Assembly: GCA_029552745.1 (NCBI GenBank)
Contig: JAKPDK010000070.1
Location: 325,268-389,267 of the forward strand
Source of the DNA: Candidatus Hydrogenedentota bacterium
GTDB taxonomy: Bacteria; Hydrogenedentota; Hydrogenedentia; Hydrogenedentales; SLHB01
Reading direction: 5' to 3'
DNA length: 64,000 nucleotides
In this document: positions 1 through 12,257 of the stretch, one piece after another
Layout of the letters: each line of letters begins with the position of its first letter
How positions within the stretch are numbered: the first letter of the stretch is position 1
Program-made: the position numbers and the translations under genes
Notes under the pieces: generated by a model
Database searches by the model: none
Seen by the model: the letters and a program-made list of their open reading frames with translations, nothing else
Told to the model about the DNA's origin: nothing

Positions 1-354
<354 letters not shown>

Positions 355-432
355 GTCGTATGTATTATTGAAAGCCAACCGTTTGGAGGTTTTTTTGCGT
401 TCCACACGCTATAAATAGGGAGAGAAGTGGTT

Positions 433-1680
433 ATGAAGATTTTGGTGTTGAATACCGGATCATCATCCGTGAAATATCGGGTTTTCGAGTGTAACGGAGA
501 CACGGCAGAGGATCTGGCTCAGGGGCTTATTGAAAGAGTCGGCAGCAAAAAGGCGGATATTAAATGTGCCTGTTGTCTTGAGCATGAGAATGGTTGTGCC
601 GCCCAAATGATCGGTACGCCCGGAGAATTGGATATTCCCGATCATAAAGCCGCCATCAACGCGATTTGTCGTATCCTGTTAGATGAGCGTTGTGGAATTA
701 TCCAAGACCTTTCCGAGATTGCAGCTATCGGACATCGCGTTGTTCACGGCGGGGAAGATTTTTCGGAATCCACCCTAATCACCGACGATGTCATTTCGGC
801 GATTGAGCGGTGCTGTAAGTTGGCTCCATTGCACAATCCACCGGCTTTGCAGGGCATTCGGGCTTGTGCAGAGGTCTTTAAAAACGTTCCGCAGATAGCA
901 GTTTTCGATACCGCCTTTCATGCCACATTGCCGCCGAAAGCGTTTCGTTTTCCTCTGCCGGATTCTTTATATTCAGAACACGGGGTGCGCAAATATGGGT
1001 TTCATGGCACCTCACATCGGTTTGTGTCTGCCGAAGCTATTAAACTCTTGAATAAGCCAGTCTCTGATACCCGCGTAATTACGTGTCATCTAGGAAATGG
1101 TTCGAGCATTTCTGCCGTGAAAGGCGGCAAGTGCATTGAGACAAGCATGGGGCTAACTCCGTTGGGTGGGGTGATGATGGGGACGCGGCCTGGCGACCTC
1201 GATCCGTATTTACCCCTTTTCATGATTAAAGAACTGGGTATGTCGGTCGATGACGTCGATAAAACGCTCAACAAACAAAGTGGATTTTTAGGGGTATGTG
1301 GTTTTAACGATGTGCGCGACATCGAAAAACGGGCGAGTGAGGGAGACGCCAAGTGTCAACTCGCCTTGGATATGTTTGCTTATCGTATCTCGGCATTTGT
1401 GGGAAGCTACGCGATGATCATGGGTGGGTGCGATGCAATCGTTTTTACCGCAGGGATTGGTGAAAACAACGCACTCATGCGCAAGAGGATCCTCTCCAAT
1501 GCCGGCTATCTTGGCTGCCATCTTGACGAAGAACGAAATATGCGAAACGAGACCATTATCACGACCGATCAGTCTACCTGCAAAGCGTTCGTTATTCGAA
1601 CGAATGAGGAACTTCTCATTGCCAGAGACGCCGCGAAAGTTGTTCAGGAATTGGCGAAATCCCACACGGTACCTGCTTAA
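433..1680 (+). CDS. ackA: acetate kinase
   Basis: ILVLNTGSSSVK, GHRVVHGG, APLHNP, YGFHGTSH, HLGNGSS, FTAGIGEN, TNEE motifs; ATG at 433 after GGGAGAG. Confidence 0.97.
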   Translation: MKILVLNTGSSSVKYRVFECNGDTAEDLAQGLIERVGSKKADIKCACCLEHENGCAAQMIGTPGELDIPDHKAAINAICRILLDERCGIIQDLSEIAAIGHRVVHGGEDFSESTLITDDVISAIERCCKLAPLHNPPALQGIRACAEVFKNVPQIAVFDTAFHATLPPKAFRFPLPDSLYSEHGVRKYGFHGTSHRFVSAEAIKLLNKPVSDTRVITCHLGNGSSISAVKGGKCIETSMGLTPLGGVMMGTRPGDLDPYLPLFMIKELGMSVDDVDKTLNKQSGFLGVCGFNDVRDIEKRASEGDAKCQLALDMFAYRISAFVGSYAMIMGGCDAIVFTAGIGENNALMRKRILSNAGYLGCHLDEERNMRNETIITTDQSTCKAFVIRTNEELLIARDAAKVVQELAKSHTVPA

Positions 1681-1697
1681 TGACGGATACGGCATGT

Positions 1698-3524
1698 CTA
1701 ATTTGCGGAAATAACGAACAGGGCTTCGTCAGCACACAAATTGGGCAATAGGCGAGTGGGGAGGGCGGAACCCTTGGGTCCCAACGGGATTTCCCGCCAA
1801 ATCCTTATGTTGTGATTGAGGCAGAATTCCCGGAAATCACAAATAGAGAGTACGTGGCGGTTCGGCGTATTGTACCAGGAATAAGGTAAGTTTCGCGTTA
1901 CGGGTGCTTTTCCCAGCAGGGTTTTCAGGCGTACCTTCCAAAAACCAAAGTTGGGAAAGCTGACAATACATCGTTTGCCTACGCGCAGCATTTCGTTCAG
2001 AACGAATTCAGGCCTTTCGATGACCTGAAGCGTCATACTGAGAATAACATAATCAAAACTCTGGTTGGGCAACGCAGAAAGTCCTTTATCAATATCAGCT
2101 TGGACGACTGAAACGCCACGCCGCACACACGAGACCACGTTACCTTGGAAAAGTTCCAGTCCCATGCCTTCCACATTTTTCTTTTCTTTCAAGATTTGAA
2201 GCAGGGCGCCATCAGCACATCCTATATCCAGAACGCGGCTACCTTCTTCGACAAGATCGGCAATCATTTCGTAATCGACACGATGACCTTCGTAAATGCT
2301 TTGGGGGCTCACCGGAGGTGGACCGTAATCCGCTTCGCTGTCTGCATCGTAAGGCGAAAAGTCCAACTTTCTCTCGGGCTCGGCTACGTGCTCCAGGAAC
2401 CCACTTATGAGTTTTTTCATGACGCTCTTTTCTAACAGGAATGCGTCGTGCCCATAATTGGATTCTATGTTGCAGTAAGTAACATCCTTTTTTTGTCTCA
2501 TAAGCGCATGAACGATGCTTTCCGACTGATAAGGAGGATATAACCAGTCGGACGTGTAGGAGAGAACCATTACTTTTGCCATGACGCGAGCCATTGCATT
2601 GTCAAGGGATCCATAAGGAGCAGCCAAATCGAAATAATCAATGGCTTTGGTGATATAAAGGTAGCTATTGGCATCGAACCGGTTGACAAACTGTTCCCCC
2701 TGATAGTCCAAGTAGGTTTCTACCGAAAACTCGCTTTCAAAATCATATCGGTAGTTTTGTGTATTACGCAGGGCACGCCCAAACTTAATGCGCATGGATT
2801 CGTCAGACAGGTAGGTGATGTGCGCCAACATTCTTGCGATGGACAGTCCGGTCGATGGGGGTGCCTTGTCGTAATAATCTCCGTGATGAAAGGCAGGATC
2901 GGCTTGGATGGCATGTCGGCCTACGGCATCAAAGGCAATGGCTTGCGGACTGAGCACCGGGGTTGTTGCAATGACGATTGCAGAGCGCACCATATCGGGA
3001 TAGCGGGTCATCCACTCGAGGGTTTGCATTCCCCCCATGGAACCGCCCGCAACACATAATAGTTTTTCGATACCAAGGTGGGCGATCAGTTGGCGCTGGG
3101 CGCGAACCATATCTCCAATGGTGATAATGGGGAAGGTGAGACCAAACGGCCGACCTGTTTCCGGATTGATGCTGCTAGGTCCTGTGGAACCCTTGCACCC
3201 TCCTATTACATTGGAGCAAATCACAAAATAGCGATTGGTGTCGAACCCTTTGTTGGGACCAATCATCATGTCCCACCAGCCGGGTTTTCTATCGGCGGGA
3301 CTGTGATAACCCGCGGCATGCGCATCACCGGACAACGCATGGACGATCAAGATAGCATTGGATTTATCTCGGTTGAGTTCCCCATACGTTTCATACGCGA
3401 GTGTTATGGGACCTAGCTTCCGTCCGCAATCAAGTTCCATCTCGTTTGGCGGATGGGCAAACGTGAAATATTGGGTTTGAACAATTCCTACAGAACCCTC
3501 TTCTTCTGATCGTCTTTTACTCAT
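1698..3524 (-). CDS. metX: homoserine O-acetyltransferase MetX fused to a C-terminal MetW-like SAM-binding domain
   Basis: [14 protein letters not shown] nucleophile elbow, RFDANSY, GHDAFL; C-terminus has [31 protein letters not shown] (MetW-like). Confidence 0.92.
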   Translation of the reverse strand: MSKRRSEEEGSVGIVQTQYFTFAHPPNEMELDCGRKLGPITLAYETYGELNRDKSNAILIVHALSGDAHAAGYHSPADRKPGWWDMMIGPNKGFDTNRYFVICSNVIGGCKGSTGPSSINPETGRPFGLTFPIITIGDMVRAQRQLIAHLGIEKLLCVAGGSMGGMQTLEWMTRYPDMVRSAIVIATTPVLSPQAIAFDAVGRHAIQADPAFHHGDYYDKAPPSTGLSIARMLAHITYLSDESMRIKFGRALRNTQNYRYDFESEFSVETYLDYQGEQFVNRFDANSYLYITKAIDYFDLAAPYGSLDNAMARVMAKVMVLSYTSDWLYPPYQSESIVHALMRQKKDVTYCNIESNYGHDAFLLEKSVMKKLISGFLEHVAEPERKLDFSPYDADSEADYGPPPVSPQSIYEGHRVDYEMIADLVEEGSRVLDIGCADGALLQILKEKKNVEGMGLELFQGNVVSCVRRGVSVVQADIDKGLSALPNQSFDYVILSMTLQVIERPEFVLNEMLRVGKRCIVSFPNFGFWKVRLKTLLGKAPVTRNLPYSWYNTPNRHVLSICDFREFCLNHNIRIWREIPLGPKGSALPTRLLPNLCADEALFVISAN

Positions 3525-3557
3525 GGGGCGCTTGTCATCCCGCTAAATTGCTTTTGC

Positions 3558-4760
3558 CTATGCACTTCGCCTTAGTGCTTGATCTAGGTCTTTGATGAGG
3601 TCCTGACAGTCTTCCACGCCGACCGCTAGACGTATCAGGGTATCGGTTATTCCCAGTGCGTATCGTTCTTTTCTTGTGCGATCGTAATAGGTCACGGTTG
3701 CGGGGTGGGTAATTAAAGTTTCCACTCCTCCTAAACTGGGACCTATGAAACACAGTCGAAGACTGTCTAAAAAACGCTTAGCCGTGTGAAGAGTTCCCTT
3801 GATTTCAAACGTTACAACACCTCCAAACCCCTCCATTTGTCGGACGGCGATTTCATGGTGGGGATGGCTTTCTAACCCCGGATAATAGACCCGTTTGATT
3901 CGTGGATGCTTCTCCAGGAACCTTGCGATTTCTAGGGCAGTCGAATTCTGACGTTCCACTCGCAGGGGAAACGTTTTCAACCCTCGTAACAACAGATAAC
4001 AACAATGGGGGTCAATGACTCCCCCTATTGCCTTGTGCAAGGTTCGAATGGTTTCAATTAGCTCCGTCCGCCCAAGAACGGCTCCGGCGAGCAGGTCGTT
4101 GTGGCCTGCAAGGTACTTGGTGCAACTGTGCAAGACTAGGTCAACCCCGAACTCAAGAGGCCGTTGGTTGTACGGAGTGGCAAAGGTCGAGTCGATAAGC
4201 GTTAATACTCCGTGTTTTTTGGCAATATATACTAGTCGTTCCAAATCAAAGATGTTAAGATACGGATTGGTCGGAGACTCAGAAAAAATAAACCGCGTCT
4301 TTGATGTAATTGCATCTTCTAACGCTTTGTAATCGCCAAAAGGAACAATAGTACAACCCACGCCAAACCGCTGCAGGTAGCTACTGCAAAACTCCAAGGT
4401 TTTCTTGTACGCATCGTCCGTGATGACAATATGATCCCCGCTTTGTACCAACGCCAGGATGGAGGTCGTGATCGCGCTCATGCCCGAACCGAACAAAGCA
4501 CAGTCTTCGGCGCCTTCCAAAGCTGCAAGCCGACGCGATGCCACTTGCTCTGTCGGATTTCCGTAGCGTCCGTACTCAAAACGCGCCTTACCATGTTTCG
4601 TATATTCCTCGATATCTTTCGAGTTTTGAAACACATATGTGGCGGTTTGGAATATAGGCGTCGTTATAGAATCAGCGTAACGCTGTCTACCTTCGCCTGC
4701 GTGAACACTTTTTGTGGCAAAACCAGTCTTGTCGCCTCGCTGAATTCGCTGATTTTTCAT
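3558..4760 (-). CDS. Cys/Met metabolism PLP enzyme, cystathionine gamma-synthase-like
   Basis: YGRYGNPT, SGMSAI, ESPTNP, DSTFATP, HSCTKYLAGH (PLP Lys), SLGGVETL. Confidence 0.88.
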   Translation of the reverse strand: MKNQRIQRGDKTGFATKSVHAGEGRQRYADSITTPIFQTATYVFQNSKDIEEYTKHGKARFEYGRYGNPTEQVASRRLAALEGAEDCALFGSGMSAITTSILALVQSGDHIVITDDAYKKTLEFCSSYLQRFGVGCTIVPFGDYKALEDAITSKTRFIFSESPTNPYLNIFDLERLVYIAKKHGVLTLIDSTFATPYNQRPLEFGVDLVLHSCTKYLAGHNDLLAGAVLGRTELIETIRTLHKAIGGVIDPHCCYLLLRGLKTFPLRVERQNSTALEIARFLEKHPRIKRVYYPGLESHPHHEIAVRQMEGFGGVVTFEIKGTLHTAKRFLDSLRLCFIGPSLGGVETLITHPATVTYYDRTRKERYALGITDTLIRLAVGVEDCQDLIKDLDQALRRSA

Positions 4761-4864
4761 TGCTACTCCCTGCTTGTTTCATACAGCTTTCTGCTACGGA
4801 ACACGTTGCTACTTTGGCAAAAGCACCAAATTATAGCAGGAAAGCAGCATATCCCACGATCATT

Positions 4865-6181
<1,317 letters not shown>

Positions 6182-6234
6182 TCAGCTTAAGGTTGTTAAT
6201 TTCAAACCAGTTTCGATGAATACATCCTACTTCG

Positions 6235-7164
6235 TTAATCTTGGTATAGAGGGGTTGAAAGGTACCTTTCCCCAGAGTCCGGAAGAATGACCACAATCGT
6301 CTTGTTCTCGTATTCCGGCCGCGCCGCTAGCCGTAAAGCTACTGCCGTAGCCGCTCCGCAACTAATACCGGAAATAATTCCCTCTTCACGCGTTAGTCGT
6401 CGGGCGGTCTCGAAGGCTTCCTCGTCAGTAACTGTTTCAACTTTATCCACTAAGGACATATCGAGCACGTCCGGTTTGAACCCGGCGCCGATCCCCTGGA
6501 TTTTGTGGGGGCCTGGCTTGCCGCCCGAAAGGACAGGAGATGAAGCCGGTTCCACAGCCACGCTCTCAATGCGCTTACCCTTTTCCTTTTTTATGTATCG
6601 TGATATCCCTGTTATGGTGCCTCCCGTGCCGACCCCGGCAACTAAGACATCAATAGTACCTTCTGTGTCATTCCAAATCTCAGGTCCTGTAGTTAGGAAA
6701 TGGATTTCAGGGTTTGCCGGATTTTTGAACTGTTGGGGTAAATAATAATCAGGATTTTCCGCTATGATTTCTTCTGCCCGACGGATGGCGCCGGGCATAC
6801 CTTCACTGCCCGGTGTCAAGATCAATTCCGCTCCAAACGCTTTCAACATCATTCTGCGTTCCATACTCATCGTTTCAGGCATGGTGAGGATGAGCCGATA
6901 TCCTCGCGCAGCGCAGACGTATGCCAAAGCAATGCCCGTATTGCCGGATGTGGGTTCGATAATCGTACCGCCTGGACGCAGCAACCCTTTTTTCTCCGCG
7001 TCCCAAATCATGTTTGCTCCTATACGGCATTTTACGGAATAGGCAGGGTTTCTGCCCTCGACCTTACCAAAAACCTTGGCTTTAAGTCCCGCACCCAATT
7101 TTCTCAGGTGAATTAGGGGTGTATTTCCTATGCTATAAGAGACGTCATTAAAAACACGCATCAC
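6235..7164 (-). CDS. cysK: cysteine synthase A
   Basis: [15 protein letters not shown] (PLP Lys), [32 protein letters not shown]. Confidence 0.96.
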   Translation of the reverse strand: MMRVFNDVSYSIGNTPLIHLRKLGAGLKAKVFGKVEGRNPAYSVKCRIGANMIWDAEKKGLLRPGGTIIEPTSGNTGIALAYVCAARGYRLILTMPETMSMERRMMLKAFGAELILTPGSEGMPGAIRRAEEIIAENPDYYLPQQFKNPANPEIHFLTTGPEIWNDTEGTIDVLVAGVGTGGTITGISRYIKKEKGKRIESVAVEPASSPVLSGGKPGPHKIQGIGAGFKPDVLDMSLVDKVETVTDEEAFETARRLTREEGIISGISCGAATAVALRLAARPEYENKTIVVILPDSGERYLSTPLYQD

Positions 7165-7307
7165 TTCACTACCTCCAAGTTAATACCTCAAATGCCAGAG
7201 GCTTCTGCGCAAAAATGTAGCTGAGTTGATTAGAATACATCAAGCGGTTTTTGTGCACAACCTGAAAGGCCTTTCTAATGTATAGTATGTTAATCATTAT
7301 TATAAAC

Positions 7308-7336
7308 ATTATATTTCTTTAGTTTATTTCTGTCAA
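7308..7336 (-). promoter_or_regulatory. sigma70 promoter of the cysK-met cluster
   Basis: Perfect consensus on - strand: TTGACA (7336-7331), 17 nt, TATAAT (7313-7308). Confidence 0.85.
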
Positions 7337-7391
7337 CCTCGCCTAGCTTATGAGATATTTATGTTCAATTGACTGCCTCCAGTAAACTTGC

Positions 7392-8249
7392 ATGGTCAAC
7401 CCGTTTTCGGTCAAAATGGACTGCGTGACTGTTCAGCTTATATCCGTACTGTGGTCGATAGTTGTTGCGCCTGTTTTTTTGGACAACGGGCATATTCGAA
7501 TTGAGTTTAGCCCAGAAGATTTCCAGGTGGTTTTTGTTGGTATTCCAAACGGCAAAAACTTTCTGGAAGTTGTAAAACTGGAACGTGAGAAAACGGCTGA
7601 AGGTAACGAGCATAAAGAAGCGTTCAGTTCGGATCTGCTGCCCTATAAAGGTCTTGACCCGGTTCTGCGTTATGGTCCTGGCGTTGTGAAAGAGCTTTCG
7701 CGGGAACACGTTGTGGCCGAAAGTCCTTTGTCCACTATGTACGGTGTGCGTATAAGAAAGGAAATCCGGTTATATCCGGCGCAACCTAAAGCCAGTATGC
7801 GGGTTACTGTCTTGTCTGAGTCAGATGCCCCTATGGACTTGGCTATTCGCAATACCGCGCGATTACCTCAAGATTCCACGATACGGGTTGAAAAAAGAGG
7901 TGATTCGATGAAAGTATTGGCGGGAGCAGATAGTCTTGCGCCTTGGGTGGTGAACTCAGTCAGATATTGGCTCGTGCCTATTCCGCCGACGTCTCATGCG
8001 GATCAAGTGATTCTTGGCGCTGTCGCTGGAGAGGTGGAACTGGAGAATGAGACCGGGGTTTGGGTGCGTCGTATTTTGGATATGCCTCGCCAACCGGATA
8101 TGTTACCGCAACAGAATAGTTTTTTGTGTCTCCTTGATGAAAAGACATATACCTTTGCGAGTGTTCTTCAAAGTCCATGGTTTTCGTGTTCCAAATCAAA
8201 GCCGCTGGATTTCCGCGAAGTTTGGACGATAAAGAAGAGAGGCAAATAA
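7392..8249 (+). CDS. hypothetical protein, possibly exported (DUF4380/mutarotase-like fold is a guess)
   Basis: 285-aa ORF, hydrophobic N-terminus, co-oriented with downstream genes; start uncertain. Confidence 0.6.
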   Translation: MVNPFSVKMDCVTVQLISVLWSIVVAPVFLDNGHIRIEFSPEDFQVVFVGIPNGKNFLEVVKLEREKTAEGNEHKEAFSSDLLPYKGLDPVLRYGPGVVKELSREHVVAESPLSTMYGVRIRKEIRLYPAQPKASMRVTVLSESDAPMDLAIRNTARLPQDSTIRVEKRGDSMKVLAGADSLAPWVVNSVRYWLVPIPPTSHADQVILGAVAGEVELENETGVWVRRILDMPRQPDMLPQQNSFLCLLDEKTYTFASVLQSPWFSCSKSKPLDFREVWTIKKRGK

Positions 8250-8252
8250 ACC

Positions 8253-8870
8253 GTGATGTTTTTCAGTAATACCGGGAACTTGCCCGAGGTCTCAAGACGA
8301 ATAAGCCAATTCGGCGCTGTCCTGGGGAGCGTTTGGCATATTCGGAACTTCTTATTTCTTATTGGGATTGTTGTTTTCGTGGGTTGCAGCAGTTCCATTC
8401 ACGACGAAGTCTCTAGGGGTAACCTGGATAACGTGAAACGTATGCTTGCCCAGCATCCCGAATTACTCGAAGCGAAAAATAATATGGAGAAGACGCCGCT
8501 TTTCTACGCTGTAGCTCGCGGGCGTGAGGAGATTGTCGGATTTCTTTTATCGTTGGGTGCAAATCCTAATGCGCAGGACATTACTGGTCTGACACCCTTA
8601 CACGTTGCGGCATGGTGGGACAAGACCGAACAGGTGGATCAACTTCTTGCTGCTGGGGCGCAGTTGGAAGCGAAAGACGTGTTTGGTGATACGCCTTTAC
8701 ATGTCGCTGCGATTCAAGGACGTACCAAAATGGTGGCTTATCTGGTTGAAAAAGGTGCGGAAATTAATGCAAAAAACGCTGACGGCAAAACGCCGCTCGT
8801 CTTGGCACGTCAGTATCGCAAAGAAGAAACAGCGCAAAGGTTAGTGGAATTAGGCGCAAAGGAGCAGTAA
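8253..8870 (+). CDS. ankyrin-repeat lipoprotein
   Basis: TPLFYAV, TPLHVAA (x2), TPLVLA ankyrin repeats; lipobox-like VFVGC; true start may be downstream. Confidence 0.88.
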   Translation: MMFFSNTGNLPEVSRRISQFGAVLGSVWHIRNFLFLIGIVVFVGCSSSIHDEVSRGNLDNVKRMLAQHPELLEAKNNMEKTPLFYAVARGREEIVGFLLSLGANPNAQDITGLTPLHVAAWWDKTEQVDQLLAAGAQLEAKDVFGDTPLHVAAIQGRTKMVAYLVEKGAEINAKNADGKTPLVLARQYRKEETAQRLVELGAKEQ

Positions 8871-8895
8871 GCTGTCCAAGAACTCAAAAAGTGAA

Positions 8896-9390
8896 GTGAT
8901 CATTTACACCGATGGGGGGTGTGTGCCTAACCCAGGACTGGGCGGATGGGCAGCCATTTTGTGTTGCGGGGAACATGTCAAAGAAATTAGCGGTGGCCAA
9001 AAGGATACGACAAATAACCGCATGGAACTTACAGCCGCCGTCAATGCACTTTCGGCTCTGAAGCGGCCGTGTCGTGTTCGTGTTTTTACGGATTCCGAAT
9101 ATTTGCGAAGAGGTGTGACCGAATGGTTGCCGCTGTGGCAGGAACGAGGTTGGAAACGCAAAGGCGGTGAGTTAAAGAATATAGATTTATGGCAACAACT
9201 GACGCATTTGGTGCAGCGGCATGAGGTCCAGTGGAACTGGGTCCGGGGACACGCGGGAGATCCACTAAATGAGCGGTGTGATTTTTTGGTTAGGCAAGCT
9301 ATAGAAATGGAACGCGAGAAAGAGGAAATCTCGCCAGCAAAAATAGATAGTTCCGCAAAGCAATCGCGATCTAAGGATAATTCACCGTGA
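8896..9390 (+). CDS. rnhA: ribonuclease HI
   Basis: IYTDGGC-PNPG-GG, TTNNRMEL, TDSEY, KNIDLW, WVRGHAG, NERCD. Confidence 0.96.
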   Translation: MIIYTDGGCVPNPGLGGWAAILCCGEHVKEISGGQKDTTNNRMELTAAVNALSALKRPCRVRVFTDSEYLRRGVTEWLPLWQERGWKRKGGELKNIDLWQQLTHLVQRHEVQWNWVRGHAGDPLNERCDFLVRQAIEMEREKEEISPAKIDSSAKQSRSKDNSP

Positions 9391-12197
9391 GACGATTTAA
9401 GAGTCTGTCGGCAGAACGTGCTTTTGGCAACGCCTATTCCAGAGAAATCCTCCTTTTTTATCTCATTCCTTTGATGATCGGGTTAAGCGGTATCTTTTTT
9501 TCTAGACAGTTCCAGACGGACTGGGTTCGCAGTTTGACCGTGTTGGTTTGCGTGGCCACTGCGGAGTTTGTCATAGGTAACTCGTTGGCGCGTTTACACT
9601 CGGCAAAAACCAAGCCAATTTTCTTTTTACTCGGGGCCATCATTCTCATTCTTGGAGGTGGGGTAGCGATTTGGGATTTGTCGATAGGTTACCAGTACGA
9701 GCGACTTCCGGATTCCTGGGAATGGTTTTACCAGAAGTTTTTTGGCCTTTCTAAGATTCTTGGTGCCCTGGGGCTTTTCGTTGGGCTTGTGGTCATGTTT
9801 TACATGGTCTTGAGACGAGAAGAAGAGGCGGAGCGTCTGGCGCGACATTTTACGGCTTTAACGGACCTGATGAGCGAAGGATTTGTTTTGGTGGCGCCTG
9901 ATGGCACAATCGCGCGGGTCAACAAAAATTTCTATACCATAACCGGATTGACTCCCGAAGATCTTCAGGGCGAATCCAACGACAGATGTGCGGAGAAACT
10001 GGGCTTAAAAACGTTGGTCAAAGATATAAAAAGTCGACTTGAAAAGGGCGTGGTGGAATACCAATTGACATGGACAAACCAAGGGAAAGAGCGACGTATC
10101 CTGGTAGCCGGAACGCCTGTGGTGGATGAACAAAACAATCTCGTAAGTCTTTTTGCCGCATTTCGAGACATAACAGAAATCTACGAAATGTCAGCCAAAC
10201 TGGAGCGTTATGCTTTTTCGCTGCAGCAGTTGGTGGAAGACCGTACCGGGAAATTGCGTTCGTCGGAGGAGCGTCTAAGAAATCTGCTCATCCACATGAG
10301 CGAGGGATTTGTTACGCTGAATAAGTCGGGCGAAATCGTTTTCGTGAATACTCGTTTTTGTGAAATGCTGAAATTGGGACGGGAAAGCCTGGTGGGCAAA
10401 CCCATCCTGAATTTTTTGGCGAACGGTGCGAGCACTGTCATTTACAGGTGGGTAGGCGAAGGCGGTACTCCGCATCATGCCCCTGTGCGCGAAGAATGGT
10501 CGTTGCGGTGCAGCGATGGTGGAGAAGTTGCGGTTGTAGCAGCTTTAGCACCGATCACGTGGGATGAGACCAGCCCTTCCCGCTATTCGGTGGTGATTAC
10601 CGACATTTCAGAGTTGAAAAGAATGCAGACGGAATTGGAACGTCGTGCCGCCGAACTCGATAGCGCCAACAAGGAGCTACGTAAGTTTGGACAGGCCAAA
10701 GATGCTTTCTTGACAGCGATAGGACATGAGTTGCGAACCCCATTAAGCACCATTATGGGCTATGTGGAGATGTTTCAGTCTGGGAGTCTTGGAAAACTGG
10801 AAAATGTTCAAGAGCGTGCGATTGCTGTGATTTCAAGAAACGCGGAACGACTCGGGTCGCTGGTTGAGGAAATTATTGAGTTCAGTCGTACCCAGGTTTT
10901 GGGAATTCATCTTGATTTAAGTTTATTCCAGTTAGAAGTGGCTCTGCGTGAATGTGCGAGGTCCTTCGAGCCGCAATTGGCGGCAAAACAAATGCGGTTG
11001 CAGTTCAATTTTCCCAACTTAGAAACAGGCGTATGGGCGGATAGGAAACGGCTGATTCAGGCAATAGGTGTATTCATTTCAAATGCGATTAAATTTAGTC
11101 CTAAAGGTACGGCGATCACGTTGTCGGTGGATGTAAGACCACCTAATGGCGTTGCTATTTCTGTTCAGGATCAGGGAATAGGGATAGATCCCGTCCACCA
11201 TAAACGTATCTTTGAGACCTTCTACCAGGTTGACCAGTCCCTCTCGCGTAGATATGAAGGTGCTGGTATTGGTCTTTCTGTTGCAAAGGCGATTGCCGAC
11301 GCACACGAAAGTTTCATAGAAGTTCAGAGTGCGTTGGGTAAAGGTTCGTGCTTTACGTGGGTATTGCCTCGAGCGCTTTTTTCGGCTGGCGTCAATCTTT
11401 CTGAAGAACAGAAACTGAGTGGTACAGAGGCCGTTTTGCTTCTTGATAACGGATTAGATAATGAGCGCCTTTTGTGGAAGAGTTTTGAACGAAGGGGTTA
11501 CACTGTCATTCATGCGGGTTCTTCTGCAGAAGCATTACGGTTGGCTTCGGAGAGGCAACCCGAACTGTTTGTCACGCATTGGAGAGGACAGGCGGGTGCT
11601 CTAAGTCTATTTGTTGAACGTCTTCTTTCTTTGCCGAATTCTCCCAACATGCCGGTCGTCGTGCTTTGTCATAAAGCCTGCGATGATGCCGAATTATCGA
11701 CATTTGTGAAACAGTCTATTATTCCCATACAAGTGCCTGAAACCGAGGCGGAAATTTTCCGTCGACTGAAAGAGATTCTTGAGAATGCTGACGATCTCGC
11801 CGTGGTTTTGCAGGAGAAAGCATTTGATCGCCAATCTAAATCAGTATTGGTGGTGGATGAAGACGCGGCTTTTCGGCGTTGGCTAGAAATCGGTTTGAGG
11901 AGGAAAGGCATTATTTGTCGTTTTTTGGAGAACGGGGAACCCATTTCAAAAGCTGTTGAGAAATACGCGATTGGCACCTTAGTGATTGACTGGGATTCCC
12001 CTCGCTGGTTAAAAAATAACGGCGCGGAGCTGGAGCAATTGTTGGCAATAACAGAACGCAACAGTGCCCCATCGATTGTACTGATGACGGCTACCCAAAA
12101 GACAATTTCGTCCATGGCGGGTACCTATCACATTCTTTTCAAACCGTTTCAGATAGATGACCTGGTGCACATTCTGGAGCAGCAGGTGCCATCCTAA
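9387..12197 (+). CDS. membrane PAS-PAS hybrid sensor histidine kinase with two C-terminal REC-like domains
   Basis: N-terminal TMs, two PAS segments, H-box HELRTPL, SNAIKFS, DQGIGI, FYQVD, GAGIGL. Confidence 0.92.
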   Translation: MRRFKSLSAERAFGNAYSREILLFYLIPLMIGLSGIFFSRQFQTDWVRSLTVLVCVATAEFVIGNSLARLHSAKTKPIFFLLGAIILILGGGVAIWDLSIGYQYERLPDSWEWFYQKFFGLSKILGALGLFVGLVVMFYMVLRREEEAERLARHFTALTDLMSEGFVLVAPDGTIARVNKNFYTITGLTPEDLQGESNDRCAEKLGLKTLVKDIKSRLEKGVVEYQLTWTNQGKERRILVAGTPVVDEQNNLVSLFAAFRDITEIYEMSAKLERYAFSLQQLVEDRTGKLRSSEERLRNLLIHMSEGFVTLNKSGEIVFVNTRFCEMLKLGRESLVGKPILNFLANGASTVIYRWVGEGGTPHHAPVREEWSLRCSDGGEVAVVAALAPITWDETSPSRYSVVITDISELKRMQTELERRAAELDSANKELRKFGQAKDAFLTAIGHELRTPLSTIMGYVEMFQSGSLGKLENVQERAIAVISRNAERLGSLVEEIIEFSRTQVLGIHLDLSLFQLEVALRECARSFEPQLAAKQMRLQFNFPNLETGVWADRKRLIQAIGVFISNAIKFSPKGTAITLSVDVRPPNGVAISVQDQGIGIDPVHHKRIFETFYQVDQSLSRRYEGAGIGLSVAKAIADAHESFIEVQSALGKGSCFTWVLPRALFSAGVNLSEEQKLSGTEAVLLLDNGLDNERLLWKSFERRGYTVIHAGSSAEALRLASERQPELFVTHWRGQAGALSLFVERLLSLPNSPNMPVVVLCHKACDDAELSTFVKQSIIPIQVPETEAEIFRRLKEILENADDLAVVLQEKAFDRQSKSVLVVDEDAAFRRWLEIGLRRKGIICRFLENGEPISKAVEKYAIGTLVIDWDSPRWLKNNGAELEQLLAITERNSAPSIVLMTATQKTISSMAGTYHILFKPFQIDDLVHILEQQVPS

Positions 12198-12257
12198 TCT
12201 CGAGCGCCTTCGGTGTAGTTACTACTTTATGGTGTTTGGTAAAAAGAGGAGTAGGTT

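Noticed and set aside
372..397. Terminator between pta and ackA
   Set aside because: Only 4-bp stems before the T run; too weak to call
7226..7243. FNR box (TTGAT...ATCAA)
   Set aside because: Spacer is 8 nt, not the required 4
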